A stretch of DNA of 64,000 bases from Eubacteriaceae bacterium UBA1433 (GCA_002329295.1 DCTT01000026.1:463135-527134), one strand, 5' to 3'; positions 36,597-47,106 are shown, counted from the stretch's first letter. Made by a program: numbers and translations. The notes: generated by a model not told the origin, from the letters alone.

Positions 36597-37379
36597 ATGA
36601 AAATAAAAAAGGTATACGCTGTCTATTTTTCGCCGACAGGGTCTTCAAAGAAAGGTGTTCTCAGCATGGCCCGGGAACTGGCAAGTCAAATGGGTGCGGT
36701 GGTGCATGAGGTGAATCTTACCATTCCAAACAAAATCGCATTTTCGCAAGAGTTTGGTGCAGAGGATGTTGTGGTATTCGGCGCTCCTGTCTACAACGGC
36801 AGATTATACATCGGTTCTGTGGAACGTTTTGCAAGACTCAAAGGCGCACAAACCCCTTGTATTGTCAGTGTAACGTATGGAAATCGACATTATGACGATG
36901 CGCTGCTGGAAATGTATGATTTAGTGAAAGAAAACGGATTTCTTCCCTTTGCTGCGGCGGCTTTGGTGGCGCAACATACCTTTGGCGACATTCAAAGAGG
37001 ACGCCCCAATGAGAAAGACTTAAAAGAAAACAGAGAATTTGCCGTTCGTGCAACAAAAAAACTATTAAAGGAAAAGAGTGTTCTTGAAAAAGTACCGGGA
37101 AACAAACCTTACAAAGAAGGGGGAGGCGGAGGCTCTTTTGTTCCGCAAACAAAGGAAAACTGCATTGGTTGCGGTTTGTGTGCCGAAAATTGTCCGCAAC
37201 AAGCCATTTGTGCAGCTGATGGATACAGTATTGATCCGACCCGCTGTATCTCCTGTTTTGCCTGTATCAAATATTGTCCTGTAAATGCAAAATGTATGGA
37301 GACGCCGGAATATTTGGCTTTTGCCAAAAAGTTTTCCGAACAACTTGCAGCGAGACGCGAGAATGAATATTTTGTTTAA
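36597..37379 (+). CDS. Flavodoxin-like domain fused to a 2x[4Fe-4S] ferredoxin domain
   Basis: N-terminal flavodoxin-like YAVYFSPTGSSKK. C-terminal CIGCGLCAENCP and CISCFACIKYCP. Confidence 0.7.
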   Translation: MKIKKVYAVYFSPTGSSKKGVLSMARELASQMGAVVHEVNLTIPNKIAFSQEFGAEDVVVFGAPVYNGRLYIGSVERFARLKGAQTPCIVSVTYGNRHYDDALLEMYDLVKENGFLPFAAAALVAQHTFGDIQRGRPNEKDLKENREFAVRATKKLLKEKSVLEKVPGNKPYKEGGGGGSFVPQTKENCIGCGLCAENCPQQAICAADGYSIDPTRCISCFACIKYCPVNAKCMETPEYLAFAKKFSEQLAARRENEYFV

Positions 37380-37468
37380 CAAAATAATCTGATAGAGGAA
37401 CCTGGAAAATAAAATGTGCGGACAAGGAAAAAAATGGAATCGGACAAGAGTGAACTGCAAATAAAAAA

Positions 37469-37490
37469 AGACCCGTGCGGGTCTTTTTTT
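37469..37490. terminator. Bidirectional rho-independent terminator
   Basis: gaccc/gggtc hairpin with an A7 run upstream and a T7 run downstream. It overlaps the murC stop codon. Confidence 0.75.
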
Positions 37491-38901
37491 AAGAAGTTAT
37501 TTCGTAAAGTTCTTTCAATTTATCTACCAGCATAAAAGCTACTTGATTAATGCTTTGAGACCCGGCAACAAGCACAAAGTCGCCCGGCTGCAAACGTTCG
37601 GTGAGATAGTCGACAATATCGGTAAATTTTTGAATGCAAACAGCAGGGGTGCCGTAAGTTTTTTGCACCTCTTCAGCCACCATTTCACTGCTGATATCCC
37701 AAAGATTGACTTCGCGGTCAGAATAAATATCATTCATAATCAGAAAATCACAGTTGCTCAATGCTTCAGAAAATTCATCGAAAAAATCATAGGTGCGTGA
37801 AAAAGTGTGCGGTTGAAAAACGACCCAAAGACGTTTTTGTTCATAATTGTGACAAGCTTCGATGGTTACTTTGACTTCGGTAGGATGGTGGGCATAGTCT
37901 TCATAGACCTTGATGCCGTTGATTTCGCCGCGGAATTCAAACCGACGCTTGGTGCCGCCGAATCTTCGCAAAGTTTTTTGAATGCTTTCTACAGGAATCT
38001 TTAAAAAATCTCCGCAGACAATCGTGGACAAGGCGTTGAGTACATTGTGCTCTCCGGGAATTCGCAATTGAAAGTGCCCGAGAAAGTTGCCGGACTTGAT
38101 AACGTCAAACTCGGGAATGCCAAGAGGCGAGTAGACGATATTGGTGGCATAATAGTCGTTGTCATTACTTAGGCCAAAGGTGTAGACAGGGGCGCGACAA
38201 TGTTGAGCAATAAAAGACAATTCTTTGTCATCGCCGTTGAGAACAAGCAGACCGTCCGCAGGCAAAATTTTGGCAAATTCCAAAAAAGAATGTCGGATTT
38301 GGTCAATGCCGCCCGTAAAATAGTCTAAATGATCGGGTTCAACGTTTGAAATAATGGCGATATCATGATGGGATTTTAAAAAACTGTCCACATATTCACA
38401 TGCTTCGGTCACAAAATAATCGCTGTTGCCTATACGATAATTGCCGCCTAATTCTTTCAGGGTGCCGCCGATGCTGACGCTGGGATCAAGACCCGCATCC
38501 AAAAGCAGCAGAGAAAGCATGGAAGAGGTAGTTGTTTTGCCGTGAGTGCCGGCAGCGGCGAGGGTCTTGGGATACAAACTTGTGAGATAACCCAAAAACT
38601 CAGAACGTTGCACGATGGGAATATGGCGCCTAAGTGCTTCTTTGAGTTCGGCATTGTTTTTATTGATGGCTGCAGTATAGACAACCAAATCGCAATCCAA
38701 AGGGATGTTTGTGGTCGCATGACCGATGGTAACATCAAAGCCTTCTTCTATCAATTTGTCGGTATAAGGACAGGCACGCATGTCGGAACCCGTTATCTGT
38801 AGATTTTTTGTACTTGCGATATGAGCAAGACCACTCATGCTGGTGCCGCCAATACCGATGAAATGAACTTTTTTTATTTTGTTATAATCGATTTTGTCCA
38901 T
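37489..38901 (-). CDS. murC: UDP-N-acetylmuramate--L-alanine ligase
   Basis: HFIGIGGTSMSGLA and GTHGKTTTSS motifs. Start moved to ATG 38901 (MDKIDY...), which follows GAGGAG. Confidence 0.92.
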   Translation of the reverse strand: MDKIDYNKIKKVHFIGIGGTSMSGLAHIASTKNLQITGSDMRACPYTDKLIEEGFDVTIGHATTNIPLDCDLVVYTAAINKNNAELKEALRRHIPIVQRSEFLGYLTSLYPKTLAAAGTHGKTTTSSMLSLLLLDAGLDPSVSIGGTLKELGGNYRIGNSDYFVTEACEYVDSFLKSHHDIAIISNVEPDHLDYFTGGIDQIRHSFLEFAKILPADGLLVLNGDDKELSFIAQHCRAPVYTFGLSNDNDYYATNIVYSPLGIPEFDVIKSGNFLGHFQLRIPGEHNVLNALSTIVCGDFLKIPVESIQKTLRRFGGTKRRFEFRGEINGIKVYEDYAHHPTEVKVTIEACHNYEQKRLWVVFQPHTFSRTYDFFDEFSEALSNCDFLIMNDIYSDREVNLWDISSEMVAEEVQKTYGTPAVCIQKFTDIVDYLTERLQPGDFVLVAGSQSINQVAFMLVDKLKELYEITS

Positions 38902-39128
38902 GGAAACTCCTCTCAAATTCGCCTTATTATTATACATCAAATCGGTGGAGATGCAATTATTTCCTCCGAAATTCCTGAAAAAATGATTTTTCCGCCAAAA
39001 AAATGCGAAAACCCGCGAAATATCGCAAAAAAAGATGTTTTTTTTAATTGGAATCGGATATAATATATATACGAAAAATCAGCACGTAATACTACAGCGC
39101 ATTGCGTCATTATGGAAGGAGCTTCACA

Positions 39129-39404
39129 ATGCAAATTACAGATATCAGGATTAGAAAAATCTACACTGAAGGCAAAATGAAGGCCATTGTATCGGTAACG
39201 TTTGATGATGAATTGGTAATTCATGACATCAAAATTATTGAAGGCCAAAGCGGCATGTTTATTGCAATGCCAAGTCGACGCACTCCTGATGGGGAATTTA
39301 AAGATATTGCGCATCCTATCAACATTGAAGCACGCAGAAAAATGCAGCAAGCGATTTTGGCAAAATATGAGGAAGAGTCGGCGAACGAACAGCCTGCTGA
39401 ATAA
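39129..39404 (+). CDS. spoVG: Septation/sporulation regulator SpoVG
   Basis: [11 protein letters not shown]...[28 protein letters not shown] 39129 follows GGAAGGAG. Confidence 0.92.
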   Translation: MQITDIRIRKIYTEGKMKAIVSVTFDDELVIHDIKIIEGQSGMFIAMPSRRTPDGEFKDIAHPINIEARRKMQQAILAKYEEESANEQPAE

Positions 39405-39426
39405 TGTCGTGAGTTGCAACAAATTT

Positions 39427-39456
39427 AAAAAAAGGGATACATCCCTTTTTTCTTTT
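39427..39456 (+). terminator. Rho-independent terminator after spoVG
   Basis: aaaggg/cccttt hairpin followed by a T-rich tail. Confidence 0.65.
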
Positions 39457-39532
39457 TATGCACAAAAGTCATAGTATAATCATCTTGTTTGGTATATAAT
39501 CATAACTGTGCAAAATTGAGGAGGTGCGTAAA

Positions 39533-40921
39533 ATGCATATGCAAGCTGTGATATTGGCGGCCGGCAAAGGAACGCGCATGAAAAGCGAAAAGCCGAAAGT
39601 GTTGCATGAATTATGCGGCAAAAGCATGCTTTCTTACGTGATAGATAATGTTCGACAAGCAAAAATAGACGAGATTGCCGTGGTGGTAGGATATAAGGCT
39701 GATGAGGTCAAATCAACATTGGTAGGTGATATTGCAGCGTTTGTTCAGCACGAACAGCTGGGTACAGGTCATGCGGTGATGCAGGCGGCCTCATTTATTG
39801 ATGATGACGCTTATGTGGTGGTACTATACGGCGATGCACCGTTGGTCAATGCCCGTGTCATTGAGGAAGTATTTGAATTTGCTTATGCAGGAAAAAAAGA
39901 CGCAGTGGTGCTTTCAACCGTATTGGAAAATCCTTATGGATATGGAAGAATCATCCGTGACGAAAACGGAAAAATAAAAAAAATCGTTGAGCAAAAAGAT
40001 GCGGACAGTGCGCAACAAGCCGTGAAAGAAATTAATTCCGGTGTGTATTGTTTCTTGGGGAGTGCGCTGAAAAAGGCGCTGAAGGAACTCAGACCGCAAA
40101 ACGCAGCGAAAGAATATTATCTCACGGACAGCATTGAGGAATTATTGGCAGGCGGATATGACGTGGATGTGCTCATTGAGCAAGACAGTGATATTATCAA
40201 GGCCGTCAACGATAAAAAACAGTTGGCTCAACTGGAAAAAATGATGCGACAAATGATTAATAATCAATGGCTTTCTCAAGGGGTGACGATGATGGATCCC
40301 GAAAACACTTATATTTCTTATGATGCGGTCATTGCGCCTGATGTTTTATTGTATCCCAATGTGGTGATTGAGGGGCGCAGCATCATCAAAAAAGGAACCG
40401 TCATCACTTCAAATTCATTGATACGAAACAGCATTATCGGAGAGCATTGCATGATTCAAAGCTCGGTGATTGCGGACAGCACTGTCGGCAATCATGCAAA
40501 AATCGGACCCTTTGCTCACTTGCGTCCGAAGAGTATTTTGGGTGAACATGTAAAAATAGGCAATTTTGTAGAAGTGAAGGCTTCCACAATGGGTGATCAC
40601 TCCAAATCTTCGCATTTAACCTATATCGGCGATGCCAAAGTCGGAGAAAATGTGAATTTGGGATGCGGGGTTGTCTTTGTAAATTATGACGGGAAAGCAA
40701 AAAATGTCACCGTGGTAGAAGATGATTGTTTTGTGGGGTGCAATGTGAATTTGATTGCACCGGTTACGATAAAAAAAGGTGCTTATATTGCGGCCGGTTC
40801 AACGATTACCGAAGATGTGGAAGAATACAGCCTGGCTATTGCGCGCAGCAGGCAGACCAATAAAGAAAATTGGGTGATGAGACCCGGTGAAGCATCGGAG
40901 GAGGAAAAAGAAAAAGAATGA
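39533..40921 (+). CDS. glmU: Bifunctional UDP-GlcNAc pyrophosphorylase / GlcN-1-P acetyltransferase
   Basis: AVILAAGKGTRMKS nucleotidyltransferase motif and a C-terminal hexapeptide-repeat domain. ATG 39533 follows GAGGAGG. Confidence 0.92.
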   Translation: MHMQAVILAAGKGTRMKSEKPKVLHELCGKSMLSYVIDNVRQAKIDEIAVVVGYKADEVKSTLVGDIAAFVQHEQLGTGHAVMQAASFIDDDAYVVVLYGDAPLVNARVIEEVFEFAYAGKKDAVVLSTVLENPYGYGRIIRDENGKIKKIVEQKDADSAQQAVKEINSGVYCFLGSALKKALKELRPQNAAKEYYLTDSIEELLAGGYDVDVLIEQDSDIIKAVNDKKQLAQLEKMMRQMINNQWLSQGVTMMDPENTYISYDAVIAPDVLLYPNVVIEGRSIIKKGTVITSNSLIRNSIIGEHCMIQSSVIADSTVGNHAKIGPFAHLRPKSILGEHVKIGNFVEVKASTMGDHSKSSHLTYIGDAKVGENVNLGCGVVFVNYDGKAKNVTVVEDDCFVGCNVNLIAPVTIKKGAYIAAGSTITEDVEEYSLAIARSRQTNKENWVMRPGEASEEEKEKE

Positions 40922-41874
40922 ATTGGGAAATGAATAACATCAAAATTATGGCGGGAAGCTCCAATGTGCCGGTTGCACAAAGTGTAGCAAAAATTTTGGG
41001 TGTGCCTCTAAGCGATACCGATACGGAGCGTTTCAGTGACGGAGAGACCTATGTCAATATCAACGAATCCATCAGGGGATGCGATATTTTTGTCATTCAA
41101 AGCGTATCGGAGCCTGTCAATGACAATTTAATGGAACTCTTGATTTATATTGATGCGCTCAAAAGAGCTTCGGCAGGGCGCATTACAGTGGTGATTCCGT
41201 ATTATGGTTATGCCAGGCAGGATCGAAAAGTGCTTCCGAGGGCGCCGATAACGGCAAAACTGGTGGCGGATTTAATAACGGCAGCAGGAGCCAATCGAGT
41301 GATGACGATGGATTTGCATGCAGATCAAATTCAAGGTTTTTTTAATATTCCTTTGGATCATTTGACAGCGATTAACGTAATTGTGGAAAAGCTTATGGCC
41401 TACGGGTTACATAAGAATCAGGATTTGGTTGTGGTTTCTCCCGATGTGGGTTCGGTAAAGCGTACACGAAAAGTGGCGGAAATGTTCGGTGCGCCTATGG
41501 CCATTATTGATAAGCGACGTTACGCGAAAAACACGACAGAAATTATGACGGTAATCGGCAATGTGCAAGGAAAAAATCTCTTACTGATCGATGACATGAT
41601 CGATACGGCAGGAACCATGACAAATTCTATTAAAGAATTGAAAAATTTGGGAGCCAATGACATTTATGCAGCTGCAACCCATGGTGTATTATCGGGGAAA
41701 GCCATCCAAAATTTGTCAGAGGCTCCGGTGAAAAAAGTGTTCATTACCGATACCATTCATTTGCCAAAAGAAAAAGAAATCGAAAAAATAGAAGTGATTT
41801 CCGTTGCTCCTATTATTGCAAAAGCCATCGACAGGGTGCATAAAGGAAAAAGTGTGAGTATGCTCTTTGATTGA
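40918..41874 (+). CDS. prs: Ribose-phosphate pyrophosphokinase
   Basis: DLHADQIQGFF and the PRPP-binding LLIDDMIDTAGT. Its start overlaps the glmU stop (ATGA). Confidence 0.92.
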   Translation: MNWEMNNIKIMAGSSNVPVAQSVAKILGVPLSDTDTERFSDGETYVNINESIRGCDIFVIQSVSEPVNDNLMELLIYIDALKRASAGRITVVIPYYGYARQDRKVLPRAPITAKLVADLITAAGANRVMTMDLHADQIQGFFNIPLDHLTAINVIVEKLMAYGLHKNQDLVVVSPDVGSVKRTRKVAEMFGAPMAIIDKRRYAKNTTEIMTVIGNVQGKNLLLIDDMIDTAGTMTNSIKELKNLGANDIYAAATHGVLSGKAIQNLSEAPVKKVFITDTIHLPKEKEIEKIEVISVAPIIAKAIDRVHKGKSVSMLFD

Positions 41875-41971
41875 CATCCAAAAAGGGAACTGCGCAAATG
41901 ACAACAATATCTGTCGAAAACAAAATTTGCAATAAAATAAAAAAAGATATTATGAAAGAAATCAAATGAAT

Positions 41972-42010
41972 CAAAAGCGTACAGAAAAGCAGTGCGCTTT
42001 TGTTTTTTTG
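41972..42010 (+). terminator. Rho-independent terminator after prs
   Basis: aaaagcgtac/gtgcgctttt hairpin (one mismatch) followed by gT7. Confidence 0.6.
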
Positions 42011-42031
42011 AAACTGAGACTTTTTGTCGCA

Positions 42032-42976
42032 TCAAACAAGGTCAGTGTCAAGAGATTGTCGATAGATTTTTAGCGCTGCGAGATTACGCGCACGCGACAT
42101 GGAAGCGACTTCGAATCCTTCGTGCATAATAACGCCTTTGCTTTGAGCAATCATTTCTTCGGCTGTGTCAAGATCTACTTCAACGGGATAAATGCCCCAA
42201 TCAGACTCTAATTTTGTTAAATGTATGGTCGAGGAAGCGGCAGCGGTTTTTGCACTGAAATAATAGGTCAATTGCAGCATATTGCTGTATTCAATGCTTG
42301 CTCCCAAAGGTTTTAATTGCGTGATATCACGGCCTGTTTCTTCTCGGGTTTCCCGAACGGCTCCGGTGCGAATGTCTTCGCCTCGAAGAATGCCGCCGCC
42401 GGGCAAGCCGCACATATCTAGCTTGTTGCTTGCGAGCAGAATAATTTTATCTTGTTCGGTTTGTACGATGCAGCGTGCTGCCAAGCGCAGCGGATAGATG
42501 CGATCCTCAGAGGCGGAAGCATTGGTTTTGATAATCGGCGGATATTTTTTGGACAATATATATTTATAAATGGCCCACATTTGGGCATCGGAATGCATAT
42601 CCGTAGCGCTTTCGCCGTCGACGAAAAGAATCTCGTGGCCCTCTTCAATGTCGGTATTGACGCGCTTTACCAATTCGACTTCATAAAAAATGCCCGTATT
42701 AAATACCTGCATAAACCATTCAACGGGAGTGTCGATATACCATGACAGGGTTTCGAGTTTGCATTTGATGATGATTTCGTATCCTGTTTCTTCCAAAAAT
42801 TCGCGGTGTAATGCCTCTTCATAGCTTTCGCCGGGCATGAGTCCACCGCCGGGCAAAAATTTACCCAACTTATTTTGTATAATCATTACCTTGCCGTTGA
42901 TGTTCGTAACAATGCCGTAAGCACCGGTGCGCAGAACCACGCGGCGTTCCGGTTTGCGAATGCCGAAGACAGGCAT
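42032..42976 (-). CDS. Tandem-Nudix hydrolase (two Nudix domains in one polypeptide)
   Basis: Two Nudix boxes: GGGLMPGESYEEALHREFLEETGY and PGGGILRGEDIRTGAVRETREETGR. Confidence 0.8.
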   Translation of the reverse strand: MPVFGIRKPERRVVLRTGAYGIVTNINGKVMIIQNKLGKFLPGGGLMPGESYEEALHREFLEETGYEIIIKCKLETLSWYIDTPVEWFMQVFNTGIFYEVELVKRVNTDIEEGHEILFVDGESATDMHSDAQMWAIYKYILSKKYPPIIKTNASASEDRIYPLRLAARCIVQTEQDKIILLASNKLDMCGLPGGGILRGEDIRTGAVRETREETGRDITQLKPLGASIEYSNMLQLTYYFSAKTAAASSTIHLTKLESDWGIYPVEVDLDTAEEMIAQSKGVIMHEGFEVASMSRARNLAALKIYRQSLDTDLV

Positions 42977-42995
42977 ATTTGGCCTCTTTTCTCGG

Positions 42996-43982
42996 TTATA
43001 ATGTGGCGCACATCACCGCTTTAATGGTGTGTATGCGATTTTCCGCTTGATCAAATACTCTTGAATAACGGCTGTAGAAAACCTCGTCGGTTACTTCCAT
43101 TTCGACAAGACCGAATTGTTGATAAACCTTTTCCCCGAATTCCGTATTACGGTCGTGAAAAGACGGTAAGCAGTGGAGAAAAATCACCTGTTCGTTTTGG
43201 GCGTGTCGAATCATGTCCATATTGACTTGGTAGGGTGCAAGCAGCTTGATTCGCTCTCCGATTTGTGATTCTTCGCCCATAGATACCCAAATGTCCGTAT
43301 AGATGGCATCAGCGTTGTGTACCGCTTCTTTGATGTCGCTGGTCAGCGTAATGGTGCTGCCTGTCTGCGCTGCAATTTCTCGCATTTCCTCAAGCAAATG
43401 AGGGTCAGGCATCAATTCGGGCGGTGAGAGTGCCACAAAATCCGTACCCAATTTGGCGCTGGCAATTAAAAGCGAATGAGCCACGTTGTTGCGCCCGTCT
43501 CCCGAATAGACTAACTTCATTTCGTGAAAAGGTTTATTGATATGCTCTTTCATGGTCAAAAAATCTGCTAACGCTTGGGTGGGGTGGTATAAATCGGTCA
43601 GTCCGTTCCACACAGGAACGCCGGCATATTGAGCAAGGACTTCTACGGTCTGTTGCTTGTACCCGCGAAACTCGATGCCGTCATAAAATCGCCCCAATAC
43701 GTTTGCCGTATCACGCAGGGATTCTTTTTTGCCCATTTGGCTGTTTGATAAAAACGTTACATTGGCACCTTCGTCAAAAGCGGCAACTTCAAAAGCGCAA
43801 CGAGTGCGTGTGGAAGTTTTTTCAAACAATAATACGATGTTTTTGCCCTTCAGCGTGCTGCCAAGAACGCCTTGTTTTTTCTTTTCTTTGAGTTTTTGGG
43901 CATAAGTAAGCAGGTAAAGAATTTCTTCGCTGGTATAATCTCGTAAGGTTAACAAGTGTCGTCCTTTTAATGATGGTGCCAT
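42996..43982 (-). CDS. argF: Ornithine carbamoyltransferase
   Basis: Carbamoyl-phosphate motif STRTRCAFE and ornithine-binding FLHCLP. 328 aa. Confidence 0.92.
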   Translation of the reverse strand: MAPSLKGRHLLTLRDYTSEEILYLLTYAQKLKEKKKQGVLGSTLKGKNIVLLFEKTSTRTRCAFEVAAFDEGANVTFLSNSQMGKKESLRDTANVLGRFYDGIEFRGYKQQTVEVLAQYAGVPVWNGLTDLYHPTQALADFLTMKEHINKPFHEMKLVYSGDGRNNVAHSLLIASAKLGTDFVALSPPELMPDPHLLEEMREIAAQTGSTITLTSDIKEAVHNADAIYTDIWVSMGEESQIGERIKLLAPYQVNMDMIRHAQNEQVIFLHCLPSFHDRNTEFGEKVYQQFGLVEMEVTDEVFYSRYSRVFDQAENRIHTIKAVMCATL

Positions 43983-43996
43983 AAGTGTATTACTCC

Positions 43997-45229
43997 TTAG
44001 TGTATTTTTTCACGGCATAGAGGCATGGTCATGCAGCGAGGACCACCCCTGCCGCGAACCAGCTCGGAACCTTTAATGGCATATACTTTGATATTATTTT
44101 TTGTTAAAATTTCGTTGGAAATTTCGTTTCGACTATAGGCTACTACTTCACCGGGGGCGATGACAAAGGTGTTGGTGCTGTCATTCCACTGCTCTCGTGC
44201 AGCAGCCACAGGGTCGTTTCCTCCGCTCTGAATAAAGTTGAGATGTTTGACTTTTAAAGCATCGCACAGCGCAGCCTTGAGGTTGTCCATGCGCTGAAAA
44301 TGAGGATACGCATTGGCGGAACGTGTGATTTTGACGACGTTTCGATGTTCGTTCAACAGCGGATAAATAATAAACTGGTCGTAGTCAACCATTGTAAAAA
44401 CAGTATCTAAATGCATAAAAGCTCGCATTTTAGGCAGCTCAACAGCATAAACGGCATCAATATCGGCGTTTTGCGCAAAGAGGTTTTCGGCAAGGATTTG
44501 TACGGCAGCGGTGTCAGTTCGCTGGCTGCAGCCTACCACGACGGATGAATTACCTACCACGAGGATATCTCCGCCTTCAATGCAGCTGTTTTCTGAGTTG
44601 TTGTCATACCACAGCGGAACATTGTCTGCGAAAACAGGGTGATATTCGTAAATGGCTCGGGCGATACGGCTTTCGCGCATGCGCACGGAATTTTTCATCG
44701 TATGAATAGAAAGGCCGTTGTCGATTACCGCAGCAGCATCTCGCATAAAATAGGTATTGGGCAGCGGCAACAAATAAAACATGTTTTTTTCAGGCATGTA
44801 ATCGCTGATAACGGGTCGTGTTTTCAAAGGGGCGATATCTGTTGCGCTCAGACCTTGAATCAAACAGCGAGCCGTTGTGACAGATTCAAGGTTCATCAGA
44901 TAATCAAAAATACAGGATTTGATATAGCTGCAGTCTAAAATATCCCTGCCGAGGATATAGGTTAAAATTTCTTTTTTTGTGGCGGGATTCTTGAAAATTT
45001 CAGTTAAGAAATCAACGAGGTAGAGCACAGCCACGCCCTTTTGCCGCAACAGGTCAGCAAAGGCATCGTGTTCTTTTTGCATGTCATTTAAATAAGGGGT
45101 ATCGTCGAAAAGAGAAAAACTTAAGTTTTGCGGAATAATACGGTTGATTTCTTCATCGGGACGATGCAAAATGACCGTTTTGAGTTTGCCGATTTCGTTG
45201 GTGATGCTGATAGGATAGTGGTTTTTCAT
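43997..45229 (-). CDS. arcA: Arginine deiminase
   Basis: N-terminus ...EIGKLKTVILHRP...LFDD.PYL...QKEHDAFA and C-terminal catalytic-Cys region RGRGGPRCMTMPL. Confidence 0.9.
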   Translation of the reverse strand: MKNHYPISITNEIGKLKTVILHRPDEEINRIIPQNLSFSLFDDTPYLNDMQKEHDAFADLLRQKGVAVLYLVDFLTEIFKNPATKKEILTYILGRDILDCSYIKSCIFDYLMNLESVTTARCLIQGLSATDIAPLKTRPVISDYMPEKNMFYLLPLPNTYFMRDAAAVIDNGLSIHTMKNSVRMRESRIARAIYEYHPVFADNVPLWYDNNSENSCIEGGDILVVGNSSVVVGCSQRTDTAAVQILAENLFAQNADIDAVYAVELPKMRAFMHLDTVFTMVDYDQFIIYPLLNEHRNVVKITRSANAYPHFQRMDNLKAALCDALKVKHLNFIQSGGNDPVAAAREQWNDSTNTFVIAPGEVVAYSRNEISNEILTKNNIKVYAIKGSELVRGRGGPRCMTMPLCREKIH

Positions 45230-45691
45230 GTGAAAGTTCCGTTTGCTTTGATATTTTGTTTATTATAACGCATTTTTTCATTTTCGCATATAATCAAAAG
45301 GCTTTTTTTATGAATTAACAAAAAAATTACCTTTTTATTTTGTAGAAAGAGAAAATATTAAGCAAAAAATCGGTCGTGTTCAAGAGATGGGATCGAGATC
45401 TATATTCACTTTTTTTAACAGAGGATGAAATAAAAAATTGACCAGAAGTTTTTATTTAGGATAAGAAATGAGAGCGAAATGTTTTGAATAAATACAACGA
45501 TGGCAACAGAGATTTTTGATTAGATAACAAAAAACGGTTGAAAGCACCTTTAAAAAGAGGATCCTTATTTCTTTGTCGGTTTTAAGCGTTGCGTGGGTGT
45601 TCTTCAAATTTTAGCAGTAACAGACGCATATTTAATGTAAGAAAATGATGATATTTATTAAAACAAGATTTTTTACAGGACAATTTCGGAT

Positions 45692-45730
45692 AAAAAAGCC
45701 CGCAAAGGAAAAGTTTTTTTCTTTTGCGGG
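45692..45730 (-). terminator. Rho-independent terminator of the lipoprotein gene (minus strand)
   Basis: cccgcaaa(g)gaaaag / cttttgcggg hairpin. An A6 run on the plus strand gives a T-run after the hairpin on the minus strand. Confidence 0.7.
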
Positions 45731-45806
45731 TAGTATAGCGAAAATCTGTGTCTGTCATCTATGTTCACTTTAAATGAAGTGGAGTTTTGGCGTAAAACGA
45801 AAAAAA

Positions 45807-46319
45807 TTATTTTCCGGTCAGGCTTTTGACGATTTGTTGGACATCGGCATCTTCGATAGAAATGTTGCCGCCGCCCATATTGGGCCAAAGAACCACTTGA
45901 TATTCTTTATCTTTGTCTACGGCAAAATAATAGATCATATTTTCACCAACGGATTGAGCTTTGAAGCCTTCAAATTTTTTGCCGCCGATTTCCCAGGATG
46001 CAACATCTTCCGCTCCTTCATAAAAGTCTTTGCTCACAGGGAGCAGGTCTTTATCGGGATCGCCGTAGGAAATGGTGATCATGGGAGAAGACATCGCTTT
46101 AGAAGCATCGGCAGCTTTTGCAATAGACAGGTTCGTTTTTACAACGTTTTGATTGCTGTCTTTCATTTCGATTATCGTCCAGCCTTCCGGCATCGTCAGA
46201 GAGAGCACGCCGTTGTTATAAACGCTCGATTTACCGGCATTGCCTGAAGAACAAGCAACTGCCGCAACAGCCATAAGCAAGATTAGTAAGACGGCCGTTA
46301 TTTTTTTCGTTTTTTTCAT
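45807..46319 (-). CDS. Lipoprotein of unknown function
   Basis: MKKTKKITAVLLILLMAVAAVACSS has a signal peptide and lipobox. ATG 46319 lies 6 nt after GGAGG. Confidence 0.65.
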   Translation of the reverse strand: MKKTKKITAVLLILLMAVAAVACSSGNAGKSSVYNNGVLSLTMPEGWTIIEMKDSNQNVVKTNLSIAKAADASKAMSSPMITISYGDPDKDLLPVSKDFYEGAEDVASWEIGGKKFEGFKAQSVGENMIYYFAVDKDKEYQVVLWPNMGGGNISIEDADVQQIVKSLTGK

Positions 46320-46656
46320 CTGCAACCTCCAAAGGATGTGTTTTCAAAGCGTCCTCTTAAAATGCATACGAAATACAAAAGAGGACGGTTCTGTTGAATG
46401 TAAAATCAGCAATAAGTATATCACAAGATGGAATGGAGAATCAAGAAAATGCCTTGAAACAAGCTGTGTTGCAGTCGAGATAATTTTTGTACGAATATCA
46501 AATTTTTTGCTGGAGCAAATAATTAAGCCATGTTGTAAACAAAGTCCATGGCCGTGCATATTGTATCTGACGTTGATTTTATCGATGAAAAGGACAAGAG
46601 GTTGACAGAAAAAAAGATTGCGGATATTATAGAATTAACGGAAAACAAGGAGAATT

Positions 46657-47097
46657 ATGATTATGAAAGTATTGATACCTGTAGACGGTTCCAAATATGC
46701 CAAAGAGGCGATTACAACAGCGCTAAGTGAGGGTTTTTTAGAGAATAAAGAAATTCATCTTATTACCGTGGTGGAAGGTACCGCCACCGGCAGAGGAAGT
46801 TATTTAAGCGAAGAAGTAGTGCACCAGATACTGGAGGCGCAAGCCAAGGCAGGTAACAAGATTTTGAACGAAGCGAAAAAGTTGTTTGAAGCGGATAGAA
46901 AGATTTCGGTAGCGTATCGTGTAGGGGATGCAGCCGAAAAAATTTTAGAATATGCAAAAACAAACGACATAGATTTGATTGTCATGGGGAGCAAAGGGAA
47001 AGGTGCGTTACAAAGTATGTTACTGGGCTCTGTGTCCATTAAGGTATTGCAATATGCACAGTGTCCCGTGTTAATTATGAGAAAGAAAAAATCTTGA
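46657..47097 (+). CDS. Universal stress protein (UspA family), paralog 1
   Basis: KVLIPVDGS N-terminus and C-terminal ATP-binding block GSKGKGALQSMLLGSVS. Confidence 0.85.
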   Translation: MIMKVLIPVDGSKYAKEAITTALSEGFLENKEIHLITVVEGTATGRGSYLSEEVVHQILEAQAKAGNKILNEAKKLFEADRKISVAYRVGDAAEKILEYAKTNDIDLIVMGSKGKGALQSMLLGSVSIKVLQYAQCPVLIMRKKKS

Positions 47098-47106
47098 AAC
47101 GAATTT

